This document shows, piece by piece, positions 30,292 to 30,492 of a stretch of 30,492 bases of DNA. This DNA comes from Planctomycetota bacterium (lineage in GTDB: Bacteria; Planctomycetota; Planctomycetia; Pirellulales; Lacipirellulaceae): positions 1 through 30,492 of the forward strand of contig JBCCXZ010000051.1 of the NCBI GenBank assembly GCA_039190745.1. Reading direction: 5' to 3'. Numbering within the stretch: position 1 is the first letter of the stretch; each line of letters opens with the position of its first letter. The position numbers and the translations under genes were made by a program. The notes beneath the pieces were generated by a model that ran no database searches, was not told the DNA's origin, and saw nothing but the letters and a program-made list of their open reading frames with translations.

Positions 30292-30474
30292 TCATTCATT
30301 CTCGCTCCAGGCCCGTGGATGCCCGTCTTCGCCTAGCTCAACGCGGATGACCTGCGGGTTGCAGCAGACCGGGCAGTCCTCAACGTAAGTCTGCTGGGCA
30401 CCCTCCGTCAGGTCGATCGGCACAACGATCTCCTCGCCGCAGGTTGCGCAAACGTAACTAGCCTCAATATCCAT
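30292..30474 (-). CDS. CPXCG-motif cysteine-rich small protein
   Basis: 60 aa: YVCATCGEEI..IDLTEG..QTYVEDCPVCCNP. Confidence 0.88.
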   Translation of the reverse strand: MDIEASYVCATCGEEIVVPIDLTEGAQQTYVEDCPVCCNPQVIRVELGEDGHPRAWSENE

Positions 30475-30492
30475 AGCGAATACGCAGCTCCG

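Overview
GC-rich bacterial DNA, very probably from a planctomycete (Pirellulales-like), judged from two DUF1559 prepilin-like genes, PEP-CTERM proteins with dockerin-like tails, and the trpE/mcsA-mcsB arrangement. The left part (1-3856, minus strand) holds a Tat-exported ADP-ribosylglycohydrolase-family gene, a Tat-exported divergent alkaline-phosphatase-superfamily gene, and a translationally coupled membrane protein that the ORF track missed. The middle (4659-22247) is a carbohydrate-utilisation-like accessory region. It contains a DUF1559 + PEP-CTERM pair, a NitT/TauT-type ABC transporter, a LacI regulator, two paralogous PEP-CTERM proteins, a second DUF1559 with its partner lipoprotein, a GH16 glycanase and PhoX, facing a convergent sodium:sugar symporter-galK operon. 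Related GTAAC/GTTAC palindromes sit upstream of lacI, of the PEP-CTERM/DUF1559/GH16 block and of the symporter, which suggests one LacI regulon. Next come tRNA-Arg(UCU), a probable decayed integrase relic, a DUF2490 gene and a cNMP-domain thioredoxin-reductase-like gene. The right end has housekeeping genes: yqgE/algH, trpE, mcsA, mcsB and a CPXCG small protein. The best candidate for an undescribed system is the LacI-controlled, SusCD-free glycan locus built from DUF1559 pilin-like and PEP-CTERM surface proteins. All family calls come from motifs recognised by eye; no database searches were run.
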